From: Candidatus Iainarchaeum sp.
GTDB taxonomy: Archaea > Iainarchaeota > Iainarchaeia > Iainarchaeales > VGJJ01
Length of the DNA stretch: 64,000 bases
Direction: 5' to 3'
Assembly (NCBI GenBank): GCA_016699555.1
Contig: CP064981.1
Span: 554,558-618,557 of the forward strand
The notes under the pieces are model-generated. The model did not search any database. It was not told the DNA's origin and saw nothing but the letters and a program-made list of their open reading frames with translations. Made by a program: the position numbers and the translations under genes. Numbering within the stretch: the first letter of the stretch is position 1; each line of letters starts with the position of its first letter. Below, in pieces: positions 56,191 through 64,000 of the stretch.

Positions 56191-57561
56191 CTAGCGGCAG
56201 CAGATGCTTCCTTCAATCCCTAATGGGATGAGTCCGATTTCGCGTTGGCCTGCCGGGCATGAGATTCCTCCGCCGGGATTGCCATAAATGGTTCCTCCGG
56301 CTTGCGTGCATGCATCGGCTGTCATTTCGGTAGGGGCTGGCGGAGTGGATTCGAATGCGCAATTGAATGCCGCCGTACAGTCGCTTCCCACGCACCCGCG
56401 GACGCTATATTGGTTGTCGGCGGAACCGGCGATTTGGAATGTCTGCGTGACTTTTTCTCCGCGTTTTCCTGCGATCTTGATTTTCTGGATGAAAACGGGC
56501 TTGGCGTTGGTGGTAATCATGGGATTCTGTGCGGGAAGGTAGAATTCCAGCTCCATCTCGCGCTGCTGTCCTGCCCATCCGGACTTGACAGGGAGGAATG
56601 CAATCGTGGCCTCGCGTGCCTGCGTGGCGGGGTTCAGGCCGCACTGGCTGTGATTGGGGTAGAGGGCCATGGAACTCGGATAACTGGTCTCGACCAAGTA
56701 GTCGCTGGTCTGGATAGTGGTGAGCTCGAGCACGTACCCATGCCCGTCTTCATATTTCGCGGGCATATGGGTCTGCTGGTCGATGCAGATGGACTGGAGT
56801 GTGTTTCCATTCCCTGTCTCGAACGCATCGCAGTCTCTTCCGCGCACCGTCCGCACTCCGACGAATGTAAAAGGCTGCGCGAGGAGTTGGGACTTGCTCT
56901 TGAGCGTGGTGGGGAGCAATGAGAAGGGAGTGGGGAATGTTCCGGGGTCATCGGTCAAGATCATGCAATAACCCAATGGGCAGCGCAAGATCTCATCGCC
57001 TACTTTGAAGGTGGTTGGCTGGATGATCGCGCTCAAGAATAAATCGGTGAGGATGCTGCCCGTGCTGGGGGTGGTGGTCTTGACTCCGATCAGTCCACGA
57101 TTGTCAACGAATGCTACGTGGCCGAAGTCGCGTGGAGCGGTTGTGGTGGTTGTGCCTGTACTCGGAGCGGTGGGCAAGGTGGTGGTGCCTTGGCGATTGG
57201 CTATATTCTGTAGGAACGTGGTGAAGTCACTCGGTGTTGTGCTGCTGCCGAATGTCTGGATGCCGGGCATCTTGCCGTTGTACACATATTTCCCGGGAAT
57301 GGGCTTCGCCTCCAGGGCTTGCTGGAACAATGCATCGGCTAAAACGACGGGGCGCTCTTGTATCGGTGGAACGGGCAATGGTTGGTGCAACGTCACGGGT
57401 GAAATGGGTGTGTCGATTTGTGCCGTGGTCGTTTTATCCGAGAGGATGGCAGCGACGGCTAGGAGTGCAATCGTAATCAGCACAAACGCCCATTTGTAAT
57501 TCACCGGAATGGGATGCATGCGCTGGTAGAAGACTGTTTTTTTGGATTGTGTTTTCGTCAT
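56191..57561 (-). CDS. hypothetical secreted/membrane-anchored protein, Thr/Pro-rich linker, Cys-rich C-terminus
   Basis: N-terminal TM WAFVLITIALLAVAAIL; TTTTAP/TTTLPTAPSTG linker; C-terminus SDCTAAFNCAFE...GGISCPAG...GSICCR. Confidence 0.5.
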   Translation of the reverse strand: MTKTQSKKTVFYQRMHPIPVNYKWAFVLITIALLAVAAILSDKTTTAQIDTPISPVTLHQPLPVPPIQERPVVLADALFQQALEAKPIPGKYVYNGKMPGIQTFGSSTTPSDFTTFLQNIANRQGTTTLPTAPSTGTTTTTAPRDFGHVAFVDNRGLIGVKTTTPSTGSILTDLFLSAIIQPTTFKVGDEILRCPLGYCMILTDDPGTFPTPFSLLPTTLKSKSQLLAQPFTFVGVRTVRGRDCDAFETGNGNTLQSICIDQQTHMPAKYEDGHGYVLELTTIQTSDYLVETSYPSSMALYPNHSQCGLNPATQAREATIAFLPVKSGWAGQQREMELEFYLPAQNPMITTNAKPVFIQKIKIAGKRGEKVTQTFQIAGSADNQYSVRGCVGSDCTAAFNCAFESTPPAPTEMTADACTQAGGTIYGNPGGGISCPAGQREIGLIPLGIEGSICCR

Positions 57562-57781
57562 GCTGTGAGCAAAAATTCGTCATTTATATACCTGCCTGGC
57601 CAGTTACATTTGGCCACTACGAGAAGAGTATTGCTGCTCAACCCCCATTTACTCTATTTTTTTTCCAACGATTCGATCAAGTTCTCTGCATTTCCCGAAA
57701 AATGGCGGGGTGGATGGAATGCCCTTTATATGGGTAATTTGACCAGGTTGAGTAGCTACTGGGCAAGGGAGTTGGTCGGTC

Positions 57782-58563
57782 ATGCGTCCCAAATATGTCA
57801 TCGGAAACTGGAAAATGTTCACTTCTATTTCAGAAGGGAGAAAGCTCGCCGAGGAAGTGCATAAGTTCGCACAATTACATGTGGCCGGGAGCAATGTGCG
57901 TGTGGCCGTCTGTCCGCCTTTCACGCATCTCACGGAAGTCGCGCACGTGCTCAAGGAGTCCTTGGTGAAATTAGGCGCACAGGATTGTCATTTCGAGAAT
58001 GAAGGCGCGCACACGGGGACGTTTCTCCTGTCATGCTCGCGGGAGCGGGAGCGCAGTATTGTATGGTGGGCCACTCCGAAAGGCGCGCGAACCACCACGA
58101 AGACAACCGCATCGTGAATGCGAAGCTGCTCGCGGCGATGCGTAATAATCTCTTGCCTATCTTGTGTTTTGGCGAGACGGCCGCGGAAAAAAGCGCGGGA
58201 AAAACACACGAGGTCATTACGCGCGCTCTCAAGGAATGTCTTGGGGGGATTTCCCGCGAAACGATGGGGAAGATTATTCTTGCCTATGAGCCGGTGTGGG
58301 CGATCTCCACCAACAAGGACAACAAAGGCGCTCCTGCCACGCCGCAAGACGCCAATGCGGTGCACCAATTCATCCGCAACACATTGAAGGAGATGTTCGG
58401 CGCGGAAGTGGCGAATCAGACGACCATCCTCTATGGCGGAAGCGTCAAACCCGAGAATGCAAAGGCATTCTTTTCCCAGAGCGACATCGATGGCGCACTG
58501 GTGGGAGGGGCTTCGCTGAAGAAGGATAGCTTTGCCGCGATCATCGAAGCGGCCAAGCAGTAG
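57782..58563 (+). CDS. tpiA: triosephosphate isomerase, frame broken by a 1-nt deletion in a G4 run at about 58015-58018
   Basis: ORF 57782-58117 has VIGNWKMF...VAVCPPFTHL...EGAHTG; ORF 58033-58563 in another frame has MVGHSERR...ILCFGET...AYEPVWAISTN...YGGSVK...GGASLK. Adding one G (acgggggac) gives a continuous [29 protein letters not shown]. Confidence 0.8.
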
Positions 58564-58597
58564 CTTTAAATCGTGGGCAAAGTTACTATTTGATTCG

Positions 58598-59653
58598 ATG
58601 CCCACGAAAGATCTCACTTCCCAACGCAAGATAGAGCACGTGAATATTGTGTTGCAAAAACCCGTGCAGTTTACGCAAAAAACGACGGGCTTCGAAGAGA
58701 TGGAAGTGGAATACCTGACGCTTCCCGAGATTGATGCGGGAAAGATCGACACGAGAACGACATTCCTCAAGCACGCATTTTCATTCCCTTTCATGGTGAG
58801 CAGCATGACGGGTGGGCATGAGAAAACCACTATCATCAACAGGCAAATCGCCCAAGCCTGCGAGGAAGTTGGAATCGGGATGGGCCTCGGTAGCACGCGC
58901 GCGGCCATCGAGAACAAGAAAACGATGGCGTCATTCGATGTGCGCAAGTATGCGCCGAACATTTTCTTGGCGTGCAATATCGGTGTTTCCAATCTGAAAA
59001 AATACTCGAGCAAGCAATTGCAAAAGTTGGTGGATGATTTGCAGTGCGATGCGATGATCGTCCATTCCAACTCGGCGCAAGAAATTGTACAGCACGAAGG
59101 GACGCCGCAATTCTCGGATTGCTTGAAAGAGATTGGCCGTGTCGCGCGCGAGCTCGAGGTACCGGTGTATGTGAAGGAAGTGGGGAATGGGATTTCTCCC
59201 ACGAATGTCAAACAATTGGACAAGCTGCCCATTGCCGCGATTGATGTGGCCGGGGCCGGTGGGACGAGCTGGACGGCCATTGAAAGCAAGCGCGGAACGA
59301 TGGACAACAAAGAATTAGGTGAAAAATTCTGGAATGTGGGTATTCCGACCGTTCCTGCGGTGATTGGGGCCAAAAGATACTCGAAGAAACCCATTATCGC
59401 AAGCGGCGGCGTTCGTTCAGGTCAGGATGTGCTCAAGGCGATGGTGTTGGGTGCTAGCATGAGTGCGGCTGCAATTCCCATTATTTTGGCGCAAGACAAT
59501 GGTGGGGCGCAAAAAATCGTTTCTCATCTTGAAAAACTCCAACGCGAATTCCGCGCGGGAATGTTTCTCGCGGGAGCGAAGAATGTGAGTGCGTTGCACG
59601 GGAAAAAATATTATCTATTCGGAAAGACAAAAGAATGGGTGGAACAGCTATGA
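58598..59653 (+). CDS. fni: isopentenyl-diphosphate delta-isomerase type 2 (FMN-dependent)
   Basis: RKIEHVNIVL, PFMVSSMTGG, TIM-barrel FMN-binding C-terminus IASGGVRSGQDVLKAMVLGAS. Start MPTKDL preferred over the upstream extension that overlaps tpiA. Confidence 0.85.
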   Translation: MPTKDLTSQRKIEHVNIVLQKPVQFTQKTTGFEEMEVEYLTLPEIDAGKIDTRTTFLKHAFSFPFMVSSMTGGHEKTTIINRQIAQACEEVGIGMGLGSTRAAIENKKTMASFDVRKYAPNIFLACNIGVSNLKKYSSKQLQKLVDDLQCDAMIVHSNSAQEIVQHEGTPQFSDCLKEIGRVARELEVPVYVKEVGNGISPTNVKQLDKLPIAAIDVAGAGGTSWTAIESKRGTMDNKELGEKFWNVGIPTVPAVIGAKRYSKKPIIASGGVRSGQDVLKAMVLGASMSAAAIPIILAQDNGGAQKIVSHLEKLQREFRAGMFLAGAKNVSALHGKKYYLFGKTKEWVEQL

Positions 59654-60306
59654 GGCCAAAAAATTCTCCTAAACGATTACGCTTCCCATCGCGCGGGGGA
59701 ATCCAAAATGCGCGACGTCGCCCATCGGATGAACCGACTCTTGATGGTTTTACGCGTGCACTCCAACGAAGAACGCGTGCGGCAAAAGAAATGGGTTTTT
59801 TTGATGGTGAGGCAGTGGGTTTTGCGGATGCAATCCCGTTGCGTGGTAAGCACCTTCGCCTTCCCGTGCATGCGAGGGATGCACTCCCCGAGCGCATTAT
59901 GAATACGAAAGATGGATTTGGTTCTGCTACCTTACGGAAATATTGGTCGGCGCGTATCCAACGCTTTCTGCGACAGCATCCGTCCGCTGAAAAGCTAAAG
60001 CACTACTCCCTGCCCCGCGCTACTGCGTTGTTGGTTGATACGATTCGTTTTTTTGGGAAGAGCTATGGAATAGCTACTGCACAACGGATTGCGTTGAATT
60101 ATCTGTCGGGGAGCGATATCACTTCTCCGCGCGCGCCACCATTTCTTGAAGCCGAACGTTCGCAATATCGGCCATTTTTTGTTCAATTCGATTCGCATAT
60201 CGACTCTCGCAGGGGTAAGCACCTTGACGTCCAGCGGCTTCGCAGTGAAGCACGAGACGCAGGCTATCGCATCGTGAAACGCAAGCCTTCTTCGGGCAAG
60301 ACGTGA
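59650..60306 (+). CDS. hypothetical basic protein (218 aa), compositionally atypical, start overlaps the fni stop (ATGA)
   Basis: cgt/ttt/gat-rich codon usage unlike upstream fni; Arg-rich; no recognised domain. Confidence 0.45.
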   Translation: MRPKNSPKRLRFPSRGGIQNARRRPSDEPTLDGFTRALQRRTRAAKEMGFFDGEAVGFADAIPLRGKHLRLPVHARDALPERIMNTKDGFGSATLRKYWSARIQRFLRQHPSAEKLKHYSLPRATALLVDTIRFFGKSYGIATAQRIALNYLSGSDITSPRAPPFLEAERSQYRPFFVQFDSHIDSRRGKHLDVQRLRSEARDAGYRIVKRKPSSGKT

Positions 60307-60321
60307 TTGTTCTTCGTTGGT

Positions 60322-60798
60322 TCACAAATACGTCTTCGTCAAATCTCCAAGCGCATTCTCGATGTTCTTTGTGGAGGAGTGCACGCCCTGGGATATCCAG
60401 TAATTGAAGCTTGCGACCAAATCGTTCGGATCTGCGTTGGGGGCGGGGTTGAATTTGTAGGATTGCTTGTCCCTCACGAGGAAGTTCAAATCCAGCAATC
60501 GTTTGAGGTGATAGCGCAGTAGTTTTTCGGAAATCTCTTCTTGGGTCTTCTCTCTGATGTAGCTCTGGATCTCTTTCGTGGAGGGGGTGGTTTTCTTGGA
60601 GAGGTGGAAATAGAGGAGGGCATCCAATACATCCAACACCGTCTGCCGCGATTCTTGTTCGGAGATGAGGCCGCTTGAGAGCGCGAACCAGCGCAATAGG
60701 GAGCGCTTGGTCATCCGCACGTGCGGGGGGAGGTCGACTTCTTTGACGATGAAAGTTCTTCTTACGAGTTCGGCCTCTGGAAGCTGAATCTTCGACAT
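60322..60798 (-). CDS. small winged-helix protein (hypothetical transcriptional regulator)
   Basis: Start at MSKIQLPEAELV (atgtcgaagatt). C-terminal EKLLRYHLKRLLDLNFLVRDKQSYKFN fits a wHTH recognition helix plus wing. Confidence 0.45.
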   Translation of the reverse strand: MSKIQLPEAELVRRTFIVKEVDLPPHVRMTKRSLLRWFALSSGLISEQESRQTVLDVLDALLYFHLSKKTTPSTKEIQSYIREKTQEEISEKLLRYHLKRLLDLNFLVRDKQSYKFNPAPNADPNDLVASFNYWISQGVHSSTKNIENALGDLTKTYL

Positions 60799-60911
60799 AA
60801 TTCGTTTCCCCCTTCTGGAATAAAGTGTTAGCTTTGGAAAGAAAATTTTAGAGTTTAAAATGGCGCCTGCTCCGGCGTTCCGTTGGGCTTGGGGTTTGTG
60901 TGGGGGTTGCA

Positions 60912-60918
60912 TTTAAAT
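60912..60918 (+). promoter_or_regulatory. TATA box (tttaaat) 23 nt upstream of the ATG at 60941
   Basis: Canonical archaeal spacing for a leaderless mRNA. Confidence 0.45.
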
Positions 60919-60940
60919 CCTAGAAAAATACAACCATTCC

Positions 60941-61771
60941 ATGCGCAAACGCTTTGAGTCGGATTCTCCCAAGAATGATTCTCCTAAAAACACTGGTGCG
61001 GGGCCCCACTCCCATCACATGCACTTGTTCGGTTTTGGGCACGGGTGGCTGCTGCTAGTGATTATGGGCAGCATGATTGCGATTTCATTCTTGCTCGGAT
61101 ACTATGTCGCGGCACAATCGGGGCTGACGGTATCGCATACGGACGATCAGATCATCGTGAACTGGCAGGGTAACCAGACGACGCTCTATGATGCGATGAC
61201 CACGCAGATGCCGAACTGGGTGAATGGGCAGATCGTCACGGCGATCGCACAGCTCACGACCCAACTCACTGGACAATGTCCTACTGGCCAAGTGTTGGCG
61301 GGATATGGCAGCGGCCTCTCACGGGTTTGTGTGAGTCCTACTGGGGGAGGGTTGAATTATCATTCCATCCAGAGCGTTTCTCCCAATTTTGTTCCCGCGC
61401 CTATTCTTTTCAATTACACGGATACGTCGAACCCCGGGTATCCGGCGAATTGGTCGACCATCAATCTGAATGGCGCGACCTTCCTCAACCTTCCTGCTAC
61501 GGCGCTGGCGAATGTGAGGATGGTGAAGCTCCGTGTCACGTGCGGGGAGGCATTCATCTGGATGACGGGCGAGGCGAGCCCTCCTGCGACGATTACGCCT
61601 ATCGATTTCCGCCGCGTGTGTGGTGCGGGCAATAATACCGCCGACACGTCCGATGTCGATGTCGCGGTAACCGCTTCCGGGAATCAGCTCCCACTGAAAT
61701 TCAGGGCGCAGGCCACCAATCCTTCTACGGTTGGGGTCACGGCCTATCTCTTGGGCTATTACACCAACTGA
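60941..61771 (+). CDS. hypothetical membrane-anchored extracellular protein
   Basis: TM helix WLLLVIMGSMIAISFLLGYYVAA followed by Thr/Gln/Asn-rich beta-type domain. Confidence 0.5.
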   Translation: MRKRFESDSPKNDSPKNTGAGPHSHHMHLFGFGHGWLLLVIMGSMIAISFLLGYYVAAQSGLTVSHTDDQIIVNWQGNQTTLYDAMTTQMPNWVNGQIVTAIAQLTTQLTGQCPTGQVLAGYGSGLSRVCVSPTGGGLNYHSIQSVSPNFVPAPILFNYTDTSNPGYPANWSTINLNGATFLNLPATALANVRMVKLRVTCGEAFIWMTGEASPPATITPIDFRRVCGAGNNTADTSDVDVAVTASGNQLPLKFRAQATNPSTVGVTAYLLGYYTN

Positions 61772-61872
61772 TTTTTTCCTTCCGGAGAGGCATTTTGGGG
61801 CCAAACCCCATCAACGCTTAATAATCCCAAGCGCCTTTTCTGGGTATTTGTATTCTTAGGGGGAATTCAGTC

Positions 61873-62232
61873 ATGGTATTCGTACGCACATCCTTGTTTC
61901 CATATCGCCTGGTACTGGCGCGCAAGCAGCCCGTCCAATTGAGCATCGACATTCGCAATGACGAGGGAAAGGACAAGCCCTTCGTGCTCGAGATCGAAGT
62001 CCCGCGCGCGCTGGGGTTGGAAAGCTCCGGTCCCAAGTGCATGGACACGAAGAATTTGGGTGTGATTCCTGCAGGGAAGCAATTGCGCTTGTACTATGAT
62101 ATCCACGGCAAAGCCGCGAGCGACGACACCACTTACCCCATTGAGGTGCGCGTGCATGAGTTGATTCCCGGCTCGCGCGATATCATCCGCACCACTCGCG
62201 CGGAATCGGAATTGATCGTGCAGGGACGCTAG
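61873..62232 (+). CDS. hypothetical protein (119 aa)
   Basis: ORF only; no recognised motif. Confidence 0.35.
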   Translation: MVFVRTSLFPYRLVLARKQPVQLSIDIRNDEGKDKPFVLEIEVPRALGLESSGPKCMDTKNLGVIPAGKQLRLYYDIHGKAASDDTTYPIEVRVHELIPGSRDIIRTTRAESELIVQGR

Positions 62233-62282
62233 TGTCGTCGTCGCAGTGGAATGATTATTAATCGCACGCGGATAATGGATGC

Positions 62283-63005
62283 ATGTCCTCCCACTCGGAA
62301 TTATTCCCATCATTCGATGGGACTGAACGCGAGCGCGCCGAAAAGTGCATCCAATATATCAATCGCACGATCCGCCTGAAGCGCTTGGATCCCGTGTGGT
62401 TGCTCTCTTTCGCTACGCATTCTCCGGAAGAGATCATGCGCCGCAAGAAAGCGTTCGTCGCCTTTCCTTGCTTGGATTTGAGCATTGTGGGGGCGGAATT
62501 GCTGGTGCGCAATCACATCCCTTCCCAGATCATCATCGAGCAACGCCAAGCTCCCGGGGGGATGGAGGTGCACCACTACACGCTTGCGCTTTCCCTGGAT
62601 GGAAAGCCCATGCAAATCAAAGTCGGGCGCGGCCTGCATCTTTCCGATGAACCCTTGCCTTCCGCGCACGAGCGCACCATCAAGATGCGCGATCCCACCG
62701 GGAAAAAAATTGAAGGACGCGCCACGCGAAAGCTGACGGTCGATTATGCTGCGACTCACGCCCGCGATCCTGCATTCGCCATACTGGGGTATTCCTCGCG
62801 CCGCTACCTCCGCCATTCGATGAATTGGACGCTGCCCGTGGCGTTCCGCAATCTCATCGTATTCAATTCTGCGAAATTCGCCCAGCGTGTGATAGGGCAG
62901 GAGAAAAAGTCTATTATGGGCCATACCGGAAAAGCCTCCATGGTGACACGCTTCATGCTTGCCCTCAAGCGCGTGCGTGCGCGTCTCCGGCGCAAATCCA
63001 AATAA
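62283..63005 (+). CDS. hypothetical protein (240 aa)
   Basis: ORF only; host-like codon usage. Confidence 0.4.
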   Translation: MSSHSELFPSFDGTERERAEKCIQYINRTIRLKRLDPVWLLSFATHSPEEIMRRKKAFVAFPCLDLSIVGAELLVRNHIPSQIIIEQRQAPGGMEVHHYTLALSLDGKPMQIKVGRGLHLSDEPLPSAHERTIKMRDPTGKKIEGRATRKLTVDYAATHARDPAFAILGYSSRRYLRHSMNWTLPVAFRNLIVFNSAKFAQRVIGQEKKSIMGHTGKASMVTRFMLALKRVRARLRRKSK

Positions 63006-63308
63006 TAACTGCTCCTATCTTTCATTTCCTATGCCCTCTCCGCAATTCAAGCGCATCACGTGGAAGCGTGTCTTCTCGGAAGGAGAAAAACGCATCAAGG
63101 GAGTGTGGGCACAGGCATTATTGCGCGCCAGCAAGCGCGAGCGTCCATTCCTGCTGGCGAAACATGAGGCAGTATGGGTGCTCACGCGCTCCTCGCTCGC
63201 GAGCAAAAACTCGCGTCAATTGCATAGGGCGCTCAAAGAACAGTTGCGCTTGCTCTCGGAATTATACACGCTGGCGCTCCGAGAGAGATGAAATATTCCT
63301 CTGCGCAC

Positions 63309-63770
63309 TCATTTCATCTTTCGGCTGCGCAGCAATGTTTGGATGAGCGCGTCGATGGTGGCTATTACTTCTGCGTATTTTTCCGGGCCCAGCATAGCGG
63401 TCGCGCGTTTGCGTAATCTATCGGATTGCTCTGCAGGAGTACTTTCCATGCGTGCGCGGAGCATCTGCTTCACGACTTCACGCTGTTTGGGATTCAATTG
63501 TTTTACAGATGCGCTGCCGAGCGTGGTCTGCACTAAAATATTCTGGATGAGGTCGCGTAATCGACGCTCATGTGTTTTCTCGCGCTTGTCCCAATGTCCT
63601 AACGCCTCGATTTCCTTCCACCGGAATTCGTCATGAGGTTTTTGCTTGAACACGTCTTCGACGTTTTGTTTCAATCTCCGCGCGAACGGTTTCTCTTGCG
63701 ATCCTCGGATGGAGCGGTTCACATATTTGATCCATTTGCGTTCATTGCGCAGGGGTTTTGGCATTATCAT
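63309..63770 (-). CDS. hypothetical basic protein
   Basis: Start chosen at MIMPKPLRNERKW (atgataatgcca). Arg/Lys-rich; no recognised domain. Confidence 0.35.
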   Translation of the reverse strand: MIMPKPLRNERKWIKYVNRSIRGSQEKPFARRLKQNVEDVFKQKPHDEFRWKEIEALGHWDKREKTHERRLRDLIQNILVQTTLGSASVKQLNPKQREVVKQMLRARMESTPAEQSDRLRKRATAMLGPEKYAEVIATIDALIQTLLRSRKMK

Positions 63771-64000
63771 GCAAGCGGCGCCGGCATTTATTAAGTTGTT
63801 TTTTGTTTTGGCTGCATGGCCACACCCAATCCTGCTTCCATTTTGCAATCCGCTGGATTTACCGTTCCCGAGTTCGCGCGCTACGTCGACAAAAGAGGAA
63901 TGGTGCGCTTCGTGAAACGCAGCGTGGGAGAGAAGTCCGTCGCGGCGCATGGGTGGAGAGAGATTTCCCGCGCCGAGGCGGAGCGCATCCATCGGGCGAA

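Overview
The window reads as an archaeal chromosome segment, possibly from a small-genome DPANN-like lineage (speculative). Archaeal markers: an archaeal-type leucyl-tRNA synthetase, ribosomal protein eL42/L44e, a RecJ/GAN-like DHH nuclease, class-III-signal-peptide pilins, tRNA genes without encoded CCA, and TATA boxes about 22-25 nt upstream of start codons (leaderless style). Identifiable content: partial ppa, leuS, argS, SMC, HIT, SPFH, CAP-domain, HerA/DUF87-type ATPase, five tRNAs (Ala-CGC, Arg-TCT, Ser-TGA, Ser-GGA, Ser-CGA), and a large type-IV-pilus locus (FlaI/PilB-family ATPase, two FlaJ/TadC-like platform proteins, three small pilins with FN3-like domains, and a six-gene operon of pilin-like proteins including two paralogous giants of about 750 aa). 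A complete bacterial-type MEP/DOXP pathway (ispE, ispH, dxr, ispD, ispF, dxs, ispG) sits in one supercluster with geranylgeranyl reductase, a Nudix/IDI-1-like gene, idi2 and tpiA, inside an otherwise archaeal context. A bacterial sigma-70-family gene with strongly atypical codon usage lies between leuS and argS. Three further compositionally atypical ORFs are interleaved with the isoprenoid genes. Two families of small structured hairpin repeats (REP-like, with compensatory base changes between copies) flank tRNA genes and gene 3' ends. argS and tpiA each carry a single-base deletion in a homopolymer that breaks the frame, most likely sequencing error. No CRISPR array, rRNA, integrase or transposase was recognised.
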